This document shows, in pieces, positions 50,817-59,674 of a stretch of 64,000 bases of DNA. The notes beneath the pieces are model-generated. The model saw only the letters and a program-made list of their open reading frames with translations. It was not told the DNA's origin and did not search any database. The position numbers and the translations under genes were made by a program. Numbering within the stretch: the stretch's first letter is position 1; every line of letters starts with the position of its first letter. The stretch is from an uncultured bacterium (GTDB lineage: Bacteria > SAR324 > NAC60-12). The DNA is taken from assembly GCA_965662235.1 (NCBI GenBank), contig CBFIGY010000006.1, positions 1-64,000 on the forward strand. Direction: 5' to 3'.

Positions 50817-51981
50817 GCTTTTCTTCCAAGCGGGTGGCACGTTCGGTCGCTGAGAGCTTTCCCAGCTCACGGACCTGTTCATAAAAACGATCCCAGTCGC
50901 CTCCGGACTCTGCAAAAATCGCCTCAAAGGCGGCGACTCGGTTGTGGTAACGGGCGACTCCCAGCAGGTGGGCGTGGTTGAGGTCCTGGGCAAACCAGTT
51001 GTCGTAAGAGAGGACCTGAAAGGTTTCCCGCTCTGCGGCGTACGCCTGCTTCAGCTCGGCGAGAATCCGTTGCTTCTCCTGCTGCTTGTCGGCATCAGAC
51101 GTCGCCTGCTCATAGCGCTGCTGGAGTTCGGTGAGGGCGTTACGGATCAGTTCCCGGAAGCGAGCCCGCTCCTGCTGGGCCTGCTGGTAGCGTTCCCACA
51201 CGTCGCTCCCATAGTCGGGGTGCGTCTCAAGGAACCGCCGGACCCCTTCCTGCTCCACAAACACGGCAAACGATTCATTGAAGGAGGTGTCGTCTTGCAC
51301 GTAAAGCACCTGGTGCGCCATCTCGTGAATGAGAGTTGCTATGACAACTTCTGTTCGCTGCTCCAGGAAGGTACTGAGGATGGGGTCGGAGAAGAAGTCG
51401 GGGATCAGCGGACCATTCAGCCACCCCAGTGTGGAGTAGGCGGTGGCGTACCCGACAGCCACGTCCAGAGACTCGGTCTGGGCCAGCTCCTGCGCATAAG
51501 CCTGTGCTTCCGCTTCATCGAAGTAACCCCGGTACTCTTGGCACCCGATCAGCAGGTAGCACCAGCGGTACGCTTTCAGCTCCAGTGGCTGGGCAGCCGT
51601 GACCACCGCGGTTGCGTAGGGACGGTTCAGCTTGACGTAGCCGGTGTAGCCCGCCCGTTCTGGGAGCTTCAACTCGTCGATGGCAAAGGTCCGAACGGAC
51701 TGAACCAGACGCAGGCGTTTCTTCAGTTCAGGATCGGTTTCCGGGTCTGCGAGGAGGACTTCAATGGACTGCTTTTCCTGAAGCAGGTTCAGGTGTCCGG
51801 ATGCGGCTTGCCAGTAGTAACTGACCTGTGAGCAGCCTGCCAGGAGCCAGGTGAGGCTGAGCAGCAGCCATAGCTCTGGAGAACGCCACGCGACGAGACG
51901 GGAGGGCAGACGGTCTGGGAGCCGTAAGCGACCGGAGGACCAAGATGGAGAGTTCGCCAAAACGGCTGGACACTTCACCAT
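50806..51981 (-). CDS. Putative zinc aminopeptidase lipoprotein
   Basis: LAGC lipobox, AYSTLGW and the HEMAH...NESFA zincin motif. Start uncertain. Confidence 0.8.
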   Translation of the reverse strand: MVKCPAVLANSPSWSSGRLRLPDRLPSRLVAWRSPELWLLLSLTWLLAGCSQVSYYWQAASGHLNLLQEKQSIEVLLADPETDPELKKRLRLVQSVRTFAIDELKLPERAGYTGYVKLNRPYATAVVTAAQPLELKAYRWCYLLIGCQEYRGYFDEAEAQAYAQELAQTESLDVAVGYATAYSTLGWLNGPLIPDFFSDPILSTFLEQRTEVVIATLIHEMAHQVLYVQDDTSFNESFAVFVEQEGVRRFLETHPDYGSDVWERYQQAQQERARFRELIRNALTELQQRYEQATSDADKQQEKQRILAELKQAYAAERETFQVLSYDNWFAQDLNHAHLLGVARYHNRVAAFEAIFAESGGDWDRFYEQVRELGKLSATERATRLEEKHAS

Positions 51982-52056
51982 GAACTTCTGACAATGGTGG
52001 TTTACCCGTTGTTGCTGGACTGTGGGATTCCGGGGGTGCTGGAAGCAGGGAGGCAA

Positions 52057-52132
52057 TGGAGCGAGAAACGGGGTTCGAACCCGCGACCTCAACCTTGGCA
52101 AGGTTGCGCTCTACCAGCTGAGCTATTCTCGC
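52057..52132 (-). tRNA. tRNA-Gly (anticodon GCC), CCA encoded
   Basis: GCGAGAATAGCTCAGCTGGTAGAGCGCAACCTTGCCAAGGTTGAGGTCGCGGGTTCGAACCCCGTTTCTCGCTCCA folds into a 76-nt cloverleaf. Confidence 0.98.
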
Positions 52133-52145
52133 TGAGGAAAATCCT

Positions 52146-52173
52146 ATGTTACTCAATCCAGATTGAGAGTCAA
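52146..52173 (-). promoter_or_regulatory. Sigma70-type promoter of tRNA-Gly
   Basis: TTGACT-16 bp-TAACAT on the minus strand, ending 13 nt upstream of the tRNA. Confidence 0.65.
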
Positions 52174-52289
52174 CCCCTTTTTTCGCATGTTCTTTGGTTG
52201 AGGCACGCACGCTATTTGCACATCCGTGCTCAGCCATAAGACGGCACCGGCTCTTGGGTGCCTGAACCTCCTACGCACGCGCATCGTCT

Positions 52290-54173
52290 ATGAACTTCTT
52301 CTGTGTTTCCTCTCGCTGGACGTCTGGTCTGCTGGCTGGACTTCTGCTGCTGGCTCATTCAGCCTTCGCCAATGAGGGTCCTCGGATTCCACCGGACATG
52401 GTGGTCAAGGAATTCCCCATTCATGTCGACAAGCGTGCTGCCAGCCTCATCAAGCTGTACACCACCAAGAAGCGGGACCAGATTGCCAAGGGCATTCAGC
52501 GCTCCGGGCGCTACCTGCCGATGATCCGGCGCGAGCTGCGAGACGCCGGACTGCCTCTGGATCTGGCATACATGGTTGCTGCTGAAAGCAACTTCAACCT
52601 CAAGGCCCGCTCCCACATGAACGCCGTGGGCCTGTGGCAGTTCATTGCCCCAACGGGCCGACGGTACGGCCTGCGGATTGACGATTGGGTAGACGAACGC
52701 CGTGATCCGATCAAGGCCACCCGGGCAGCAATTTCCTACCTCTCTGACCTGTACGTCCGGTTTGAGGACTGGGAACTGGCCATGGCTGGGTACAACGCAG
52801 GAGAAAATCGGGTGGAGCGGGCGATCCGTTACAACAAGCAGCGGAACCGAAAGACCGACTACCGCTCCTTGCGACTGCCTCGAGAGACGCGTGGGTACGT
52901 TCCCTCGATCATGGCGCTGGCGATGATTCACCGCAACCCAAGTGCTCACGGATTCAGCTGGATCCGCTTGGATCCGCCTATGGATGAGGCACAGGTGGCC
53001 CTGCCCGTCAGCTACTCCTTGGAAGAAGTCGCTGAGCGCGTCGGCATGCCATTCGATGACTTCAAGCTCATCAACTCCAAGTACTTCCGGAGCACCCCAC
53101 CGCTCACAGACGACAAGTACACCGTTTACCTGCCGAAGGTGCACCACGAAAAGCTGCTGGAGTCGCTCCGGCAGGCTCCGGAACCGTCTTTGGACTGGAT
53201 TTCCGCCTACTCCAATCACTTGGGCAACTCCAGTTCTGTCACCCGCCTGTTGCAAAAGCACGGCGCCGTGCGTTACATCCGGGTCCGCTCAGGGGACAAC
53301 CTTTGGGACCTGGCCCGCAAGCACAACACCACGGTCCGGCGCTTGGCAACATGGAATGGTCTCCGAACCAACTCCATGCTCCGGATCAACCAGCGGCTGA
53401 AGCTTTACATTCCCACCTGGGATGTGGTCCGCGAAGTCGCCAAGATGGATTCCGGGAAGTCTGCTCCTCCGAAGTCTCGGCTGGTGGCGTCTAAGTCTCC
53501 ACTTGAAGTGAAGGTTCCTGCCGGTGTCACCTTAGAAGACTTGGGTCGCCGCTACAACATCAGCCCCTCCCAACTGCGTGACCTGAATCAGCTTCAGCCA
53601 GGAGAGCAGGTCCGTGCAGGGCAAAAACTGGTGGTCGGCCAGCACGTGGTCCGGACCCGCAAGATCCGAGTGCCTCGGGGAGCAACCCTTTCCGGACTGG
53701 CTCAGCGCTACCGGACCTCGGTTTCTCGGCTGATGGAGTGGAATGGCTTCTCCAGTGCCCGGGACCTGAAGGCTGGACAGAACCTCATTGTGGCTCAGTC
53801 CCTGGTTCCGGCGACCTATGCGCGCAAAGCTGACGGTTACCAGACCATCCGGGTTCCGCGCAACGCGACGCTCTCTGAGCTGGCGATGCGACACAAGGTC
53901 AGTGTTTCTCAGCTGCTTGCCTGGAACAACCTCGATCACCCCCGTCAGCTGAAAGCCGGGCAGAGCCTCATTGTTGGGGAGCGCCGGTTGGGACGTCCTG
54001 CAGCCACTCCGGGACACATCACCATTCGTGTCCAGCGAGGCGATACGCTCTGGCAGTTGGCCCGTAAGTACCGGACGTCCGTCCAGAACCTCGTTGCTCT
54101 GAACGACCTCAAGGCCGGACGCCCCATCCAGCCGAACCAGAAACTGATTGTCCCCTCCCGCGACGAATCCTAA
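52290..54173 (+). CDS. mltD: Membrane-bound lytic murein transglycosylase D-like with ~5 LysM repeats
   Basis: AESNF, AVGLWQF, YNAGE and ETRGYV in the SLT domain, then repeated GDNLWDLARK / GATLSGLAQRY LysM units. Confidence 0.88.
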   Translation: MNFFCVSSRWTSGLLAGLLLLAHSAFANEGPRIPPDMVVKEFPIHVDKRAASLIKLYTTKKRDQIAKGIQRSGRYLPMIRRELRDAGLPLDLAYMVAAESNFNLKARSHMNAVGLWQFIAPTGRRYGLRIDDWVDERRDPIKATRAAISYLSDLYVRFEDWELAMAGYNAGENRVERAIRYNKQRNRKTDYRSLRLPRETRGYVPSIMALAMIHRNPSAHGFSWIRLDPPMDEAQVALPVSYSLEEVAERVGMPFDDFKLINSKYFRSTPPLTDDKYTVYLPKVHHEKLLESLRQAPEPSLDWISAYSNHLGNSSSVTRLLQKHGAVRYIRVRSGDNLWDLARKHNTTVRRLATWNGLRTNSMLRINQRLKLYIPTWDVVREVAKMDSGKSAPPKSRLVASKSPLEVKVPAGVTLEDLGRRYNISPSQLRDLNQLQPGEQVRAGQKLVVGQHVVRTRKIRVPRGATLSGLAQRYRTSVSRLMEWNGFSSARDLKAGQNLIVAQSLVPATYARKADGYQTIRVPRNATLSELAMRHKVSVSQLLAWNNLDHPRQLKAGQSLIVGERRLGRPAATPGHITIRVQRGDTLWQLARKYRTSVQNLVALNDLKAGRPIQPNQKLIVPSRDES

Positions 54174-54184
54174 GAGTTTCCCTC

Positions 54185-55042
54185 GTGCAAACCATCAGTG
54201 AAAAGAAGGCGCTTCTTCTGGAGGCGCTTCCTTATATCCAACGCTTCCACCAGAAGATCGTCGTCATCAAGTACGGTGGCGCCGCCATGATTGATCCTGA
54301 ACTGAAGAAGAGCTTTGCTCAGGATGTGGTCCTCTTGCAGTCCCTGGGCATGCGTCCCGTTGTGGTTCACGGCGGTGGCCCAGAGGTTTCTCGGGCGATG
54401 CAGCAGATGGGACAGGAAGTGGAGTTTGTCGACGGCCTCCGGGTCACCAGTGCCGACAACCTTCGGGTGGCTGAGATGGTTCTCTCCGGAAACATCAATA
54501 AGGAGATCATTGCGAACCTCACGACTTTCGGAGGAAAGGCGGTTGGGCTCAGTGGAAAGGACGGTCACCTGATTGACGCCCGCAAAAAGATTACCCCGAC
54601 CGGTCAGGATCTGGGGTACGTCGGAGATGTGGTTCAGACGAATCCGGAGCTGCTGGAGGTCCTTCTTGGGCGTGGCTTCCTTCCGGTTGTTTCTCCCATT
54701 GGCATGGGCAAGGACGGGACCACGTACAACATCAACGCCGACACCGTGGCATCTCGGATTGCCGTTGCCCTGAAGGCCTACCGCATCATCTTCATGACGG
54801 ACGTCGATGGCATCCTCAAGGAGAATGAGCTGCAGTCAGAGCTGACTGTTGATCAAACGGAACAGATGATTGAAGAGGGAATCATTCGAGGGGGGATGGC
54901 TCCCAAGGTGGAAGCCCTGCTGTACTGTGTCCGGAACGGGGTCCAGTCCGCGCAGATCATCAACGGGACGGACCCTCATTCGGTGCTTGCGGAACTCTTT
55001 ACCGATCAAGGAATCGGTACCAAGATCATCACTCATGCCTGA
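54185..55042 (+). CDS. argB: Acetylglutamate kinase
   Basis: EALPYI, VIKYGGAAM, VHGGG, NINAD and GGMAPK. Confidence 0.95.
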   Translation: MQTISEKKALLLEALPYIQRFHQKIVVIKYGGAAMIDPELKKSFAQDVVLLQSLGMRPVVVHGGGPEVSRAMQQMGQEVEFVDGLRVTSADNLRVAEMVLSGNINKEIIANLTTFGGKAVGLSGKDGHLIDARKKITPTGQDLGYVGDVVQTNPELLEVLLGRGFLPVVSPIGMGKDGTTYNINADTVASRIAVALKAYRIIFMTDVDGILKENELQSELTVDQTEQMIEEGIIRGGMAPKVEALLYCVRNGVQSAQIINGTDPHSVLAELFTDQGIGTKIITHA

Positions 55043-55254
55043 TCAGGCTCTGGTTCCACCTGACGGGCCTTCCGGACCAGCCAGTAGACAAATCCCCCGA
55101 TCAAGAAGATGGGGATGAACATCATGAGCGCGGTTGCCAAGTAGTACGCGTTCAGCGATCCCCCACTCCCCGAAAAACAGACCGCACAGGCCCAAGCAGA
55201 GTTAGGAGCCGCCAGCGTGATGGCCGCCAGCAGGAAGAAGAGGGCTTTGGTCAT
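55033..55254 (-). CDS. Small cox-operon membrane protein with CAVC motif
   Basis: Signal-like N-terminus, WACAVCF and one TM helix; overlaps the stop of the upstream subunit III gene. Confidence 0.7.
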   Translation of the reverse strand: MTKALFFLLAAITLAAPNSAWACAVCFSGSGGSLNAYYLATALMMFIPIFLIGGFVYWLVRKARQVEPEPDQA

Positions 55255-55871
55255 GCGAGGTACACCAGAACGTAAAGGACCGGCCAGATTCCCACCACGA
55301 AGTACCAGAACACTTCCATGGCCCGGAACCCTTCATCGGTCAGTGGTTTTGAGGCATTGGGCGCCAACCGGATCCACGTGTAGACCATTGCCATGACTGC
55401 GGTCAGGACGTGCAGGCCGTGCATCCCAATGATGAGGTAGAACATCCCCCCGTAGTTGCTGGAGGTGACGGTCAGACCGTACGCCAGCAGCTGAGCCCAC
55501 TCGAATCCTTGAAAGAGCAGGAAAAACACGCCGGCTCCAATGCTCATGCCCATCAGGCGGTAAACCTGCTTCCGGTCGGACTTCAGGTGCCGTCCGGCCA
55601 GAAACATCAGCACCCCACTTCCCAGCAGAACCAGAGAGTTGAAGGCCGTGCTCCAGATGGGCAGACGAGGCTGTCCCCACGGAGGCCACTCCGGGATCCC
55701 AGAACGGATGATGATGTAGGCGCTGATCAGCGAGGCAAAGAGCATCAGCTCCGTCACAATGAAGGCGAGGACCGCAAAGACGGAGCTGGGAACTAGGGGA
55801 GCGGGTCGAGCAGGGGCCGTCCCTTCAGAGGACGGCTCCACCACGAGCCCAACGAGTAAGGGGAAAGTCAT
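55251..55871 (-). CDS. Heme-copper oxidase subunit III-like protein (second copy)
   Basis: TELMLF, NSLVLLGSG, FYLIIGMHGLHV and FWYFVV. Confidence 0.85.
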   Translation of the reverse strand: MTFPLLVGLVVEPSSEGTAPARPAPLVPSSVFAVLAFIVTELMLFASLISAYIIIRSGIPEWPPWGQPRLPIWSTAFNSLVLLGSGVLMFLAGRHLKSDRKQVYRLMGMSIGAGVFFLLFQGFEWAQLLAYGLTVTSSNYGGMFYLIIGMHGLHVLTAVMAMVYTWIRLAPNASKPLTDEGFRAMEVFWYFVVGIWPVLYVLVYLA

Positions 55872-56284
55872 TGGCCGCTATGAGTCTGTGCATCGTGAGC
55901 AGCAGACACTTCAGCGTACGTGTGAGGTGTAACAATGATTCGCTGCTCAACCGTGCAGGTTTTATTGGCAACGCAGTCTTCCCAGTTCTGCCCGGTGGTC
56001 TTGATGACATCCGAGGCAACCCCAAAGAAAAACACTGCACCAATAACGATTAGGGACGCGAGCAGCAGGAACCAGACAATTTTCTTTTCAAAACGTAAAT
56101 GCATGAAATCGGCGCAAACCATGTAGGCTTTGACCACCGCAATTCCGAATGCTGTGATGACAATGATCCAGTTCGCATCCAGCGCATGACCGATCTCCGG
56201 ACCAATCAGGCTGACGATGAGCAGGCCGAGCAGAATCGCCCAAATTTTAACGTAATTAGGATGTGCGTGTGCAGACTCTGACAT
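55868..56284 (-). CDS. Cytochrome c oxidase subunit IV (CtaF-like)
   Basis: YVKIWAILL and KAYMV..FMHLRFE; three TM segments. Confidence 0.85.
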   Translation of the reverse strand: MSESAHAHPNYVKIWAILLGLLIVSLIGPEIGHALDANWIIVITAFGIAVVKAYMVCADFMHLRFEKKIVWFLLLASLIVIGAVFFFGVASDVIKTTGQNWEDCVANKTCTVEQRIIVTPHTYAEVSAAHDAQTHSGQ

Positions 56285-56292
56285 AGGGCTCC

Positions 56293-56874
56293 TCAGAAGT
56301 TGGCGATGTAGAGCATGGGGAAGAGGAAGATCCAGACGATGTCAACAAAGTGCCAGTACAGCCCAACGAGTTCGACGCGCTGCAGGTGGAACCCCTTGCG
56401 GACATCAAGAGAGACGAGTCCCATGATGATCATGCCTCCCAGGACGTGCACCGCGTGCAGGCCTGTCATGGTGAAGTAGAACGACCAGAAGATGTTGGTC
56501 GTGAAGCCGACCCCGTGGGAGATCTTGCTGTAGTACTCAAAGGCCTTCACGCACATGAAGATCAAGCCACCTGCAATGGTGATCCAGGTGAACTTGAAGG
56601 CCTTTTGGCCATCGCCATGCTCAGCTGCGTCGTGCGCCAACACAATGGTCAGGCTCGATGTCAACAGGACAAAGGTATTCAAGGCCCCTGCCCAGGTGAC
56701 GGTCAGCGTGGCATCTTCCATCCCGGGAGCGCCATTGAACTTGTAAAGCAGGAAGACAGCAATCAAGCCGCCGAAGATAAACACCTCAGAGGCCAGCAAC
56801 CACCATAGTGCCAAACGGGCAGATGGAATGCCGGTGGCACAACGGCCAGTGGCAATGGGTCCTTGCATTGACAT
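56293..56874 (-). CDS. coxC: Cytochrome c oxidase subunit III
   Basis: LASEVFIFGG, NTFVLLTSS, TGLHAVHV and YWHFVDIVW. Confidence 0.92.
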   Translation of the reverse strand: MSMQGPIATGRCATGIPSARLALWWLLASEVFIFGGLIAVFLLYKFNGAPGMEDATLTVTWAGALNTFVLLTSSLTIVLAHDAAEHGDGQKAFKFTWITIAGGLIFMCVKAFEYYSKISHGVGFTTNIFWSFYFTMTGLHAVHVLGGMIIMGLVSLDVRKGFHLQRVELVGLYWHFVDIVWIFLFPMLYIANF

Positions 56875-56915
56875 GAAACGACTCTCTTAAGAAAAATTAA
56901 GCGGGACTGGGCAAG

Positions 56916-56936
56916 GTCCCCGGACGAGCCGGGGAC
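56916..56936 (-). other. Intercistronic hairpin between coxA and coxC
   Basis: GTCCCCGG/CCGGGGAC 8-bp stem. Confidence 0.5.
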
Positions 56937-56943
56937 GCATGGC

Positions 56944-58662
56944 TCAGTTGCGATCTGGCATGTGCTGGGGCCAGAAGTCCTCCCGGTTCCCCGGGACGCT
57001 GTACTCGTACGGTCCGCGGTACACCACCGGCAGCTCCTTGAAGTTGCCGTGCGGAGGAGGAGACGGTGCCGCCCACTCCAGCGTGTTCGCCTTCCAGGGA
57101 TTGGCCTCGGCCTTTTCGCCATTGAACATGCTGGCGAAGAAGTTCCAGACAAACGGAATCTGGAAGAGCAGCAGCAGGACCAAGCTGGTGGTCGCGAAGA
57201 TCCGGATGCCCTGCAGGTCTGCCGATGCGAGGTCGGGGAAGTGCTGGTAGTTGTAGATCCGGCGGTGCTGTCCTGCCATTCCGAGGAGGAAGAGCGGCAT
57301 GAAGAGCCCGTTGAAGCAGATCACCGTTCCCCAGAAGTGGATCAGGCCCAGCGTCTTGTTCATGTGGCGTCCGAACATCTTCGGGTACCAGAAGTAGAGC
57401 GCCGCAAACATGGCGATGATCGCAATGGGGAAGAAGGTGTAGTGGAAGTGCGCAATCACGAAGTAGGTATCGTGGAAGAACAGGTCCGTTCCACTGGAAC
57501 CCAACGGAATGCCTGTCACCCCTCCAACCAGGAAGGTCACCAAGAAGGCTAGAGCCCAGAGCATCGGTAGCTCAAAGCGGATGGATCCGCCGTAAAGCGT
57601 GGCGATGTAACAGAACAGCATCTCTGCAATGGGCACCGAAATGAGAACGGTGGTCACGGTAAAGATGTTTGCCATCCGGGGATCAATGCCGGCAATGAAC
57701 TGGTGGTGCGCCCACACGATGAAGGAGAGGGCTCCTGTTGCAATGATCGTGTAGAGGATCGCCCGGTAGCCAAAGAGCTTCTTGCGGGCAAAAGTTGTGA
57801 TGATCTCAGCAACCACTCCCATCGCAGGGAAGAGGACAACGTAGACCTCAGGGTGTCCGAAGAACCAGAAGAGGTGCTGCCAAAGGACAGGGTCTCCGCC
57901 GGCTGACGGCAGGAAGAAAGTGGTTCCAAGTCGCTGGTCCATGAACAGCATCACGGCGCCGGCCACCAAGGGTCCGACGGAACCCATGAACATGATCACG
58001 GCGATGTTGATCGTCCAGACGAGAATCGGAACGTCCGTCATCTTCATGCCCGGAGCCCGGGAGTTCATGGTTGTGGTCAGGAAGTTCACGCCACCGATGA
58101 GGAAGGCGACAATTTCCAGGGTTACGGCAAGCAACCAGAGAGAAGACCCCCAGTTTGTGAGACTGTACTCGGCAACCGAAGAAAGCGGTGGGTAAGACGT
58201 CCACGCGCCTCCGAAGCCGCCGCCTTCCACAAAGTAGGAGAGCAGCAGGACGAGGATGCTGACGAAGAACACCTGCACCGACAGGCGGTTCAGGCGTGGG
58301 AAAGCCATGTCGTCACAGCCGATCATCAACGGGATCAGGTAGTTCCCGAAGGCGGCAATCAACACGGGCATGGCCACCCAGAAGATCATGATGGTCCCGT
58401 GGTTGGTGATCATCATGTTGTATTCAGCAGGGCTGACCACTCCGAAGCCAGGGACGGCTTCTCCTGGGAAGGCCAGCTGCATCCGGAAGGCATACGCAAA
58501 GAAGCCTCCCAGCGCCGCCATCAGCAGCCCTAGGAACATGTACTGCAGGCCGATCACTTTGTGATCCACCGAGAAGATGTACTTGCTCAGGAAGCTCTGA
58601 TCATGATGATGATCATCATGAGCGTGGGCCTCCTGATGCTGTACCGTTGCGGTTTGACTCAT
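56944..58662 (-). CDS. coxA: Heme-copper oxidase subunit I, A1-type signature with atypical proton channels
   Basis: NHGTIM, WFFGHPEVY, WAHH, HDTYFVIAHFHY and the RR pair; GGAGGA RBS. Confidence 0.95.
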   Translation of the reverse strand: MSQTATVQHQEAHAHDDHHHDQSFLSKYIFSVDHKVIGLQYMFLGLLMAALGGFFAYAFRMQLAFPGEAVPGFGVVSPAEYNMMITNHGTIMIFWVAMPVLIAAFGNYLIPLMIGCDDMAFPRLNRLSVQVFFVSILVLLLSYFVEGGGFGGAWTSYPPLSSVAEYSLTNWGSSLWLLAVTLEIVAFLIGGVNFLTTTMNSRAPGMKMTDVPILVWTINIAVIMFMGSVGPLVAGAVMLFMDQRLGTTFFLPSAGGDPVLWQHLFWFFGHPEVYVVLFPAMGVVAEIITTFARKKLFGYRAILYTIIATGALSFIVWAHHQFIAGIDPRMANIFTVTTVLISVPIAEMLFCYIATLYGGSIRFELPMLWALAFLVTFLVGGVTGIPLGSSGTDLFFHDTYFVIAHFHYTFFPIAIIAMFAALYFWYPKMFGRHMNKTLGLIHFWGTVICFNGLFMPLFLLGMAGQHRRIYNYQHFPDLASADLQGIRIFATTSLVLLLLFQIPFVWNFFASMFNGEKAEANPWKANTLEWAAPSPPPHGNFKELPVVYRGPYEYSVPGNREDFWPQHMPDRN

Positions 58663-58700
58663 CAATCCTCCTTGTTGGATCTCAGATGAAGGGAAAGGGG

Positions 58701-59489
58701 TTAGTTACTGCTGACCAGATTTTCCTCACCCGCATTCACGGTGTTCTGGCTCACTTGGGGACGCTTGGCGGCAATCGGAATCGGATCGTTCTCAAGCCGC
58801 TTCAGGTAATCGCTCTCGTAGGTGCCATTCTTGATGGCTTCCATGGTTTGCTGGTAGCTTTCCGGCGTGTGAACGGTGATGGATCCCCCCATGATTCCGT
58901 GACCGTGGCCACACATTTCAGCACACTGCACGTCGTACGTGCCCACTTGGGTCGGCTCAAACCAACCGGTGATGGTTCGGCCTGGGATCATGTCCTGCTT
59001 CAACCGGAAGGCCGGCACAGAGAAGTTGTGCAGCACGTCCCGAGACTGAAGTTCAAAGTGGTACACCTTGTTCACTTCCACATGCAGGTCGTTCACGGTT
59101 GCAATGTCGTCTTCCGTGTCCAACTGGCCATCTGGACCGGAGTGAATGAAGGCCCAGGACCACTGCTGCCCAATCACCCGAATGGTGTCATCTTTCGGGG
59201 GCAGGGTCTGCTTCACGTTCACCCACACCATGATGGACCCGGCAATCAGCACCACGTCACACAGAATGATCGCGTAGTGCGGATAATGGATCCACTTGTT
59301 CTCCTTGTGCTTCTCTCCCGTCACGTACATGGCCTTCACGCCTTCACGGTGCCGGAAGCGGATCATGAAGTACGCCAGCGTTGCTAGGGTCAGGACAAAC
59401 CAGAAGCCCACCACAACCACAATCAAGAAGAAAACGCTGTCAACGTCTCCACTGAAGGTGGACGCTTGAGGCATGAAGTAATCAAGCAT
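58701..59489 (-). CDS. coxB: Cytochrome c oxidase subunit II (CuA)
   Basis: Two TM helices, QQWSW, DVLHNF and CAEMCGHGHGIM. Confidence 0.95.
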   Translation of the reverse strand: MLDYFMPQASTFSGDVDSVFFLIVVVVGFWFVLTLATLAYFMIRFRHREGVKAMYVTGEKHKENKWIHYPHYAIILCDVVLIAGSIMVWVNVKQTLPPKDDTIRVIGQQWSWAFIHSGPDGQLDTEDDIATVNDLHVEVNKVYHFELQSRDVLHNFSVPAFRLKQDMIPGRTITGWFEPTQVGTYDVQCAEMCGHGHGIMGGSITVHTPESYQQTMEAIKNGTYESDYLKRLENDPIPIAAKRPQVSQNTVNAGEENLVSSN

Positions 59490-59528
59490 GGAACTACCTT
59501 TTCGAGGTTAGGAACTCCGGTCGGAGGG

Positions 59529-59660
59529 TTAGAGGACAAAAATGATGACCGACATCATGAACAGAACGCAGCCGGCAACAGTGACAACAAAGACCTTGGA
59601 AACCAACTCATCGGCCTCCTGAGGCAGGGTATGATGAAAGGACTCTTTTTCGTGGGACAT
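59529..59660 (-). CDS. 43-aa single-TM protein (not in the ORF track)
   Basis: MSHEKESFHHTLPQEADELVSKVFVVTVAGCVLFMMSVIIFVL*; ATG at 59660, TAA at 59529; GGAG upstream; fills the cyoE-coxB gap. Confidence 0.7.
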   Translation of the reverse strand: MSHEKESFHHTLPQEADELVSKVFVVTVAGCVLFMMSVIIFVL

Positions 59661-59674
59661 GGAGGCTCTCCGGG

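Noticed and set aside
52057..52132. tRNA-Gly as an island integration site
   Set aside because: No integrase and no duplicated tRNA 3' end seen in the window.
58600..58645. His-rich N-terminus of CoxA as a novel metal site
   Set aside because: His-rich N-termini are common in oxidase subunit I and are not distinctive.
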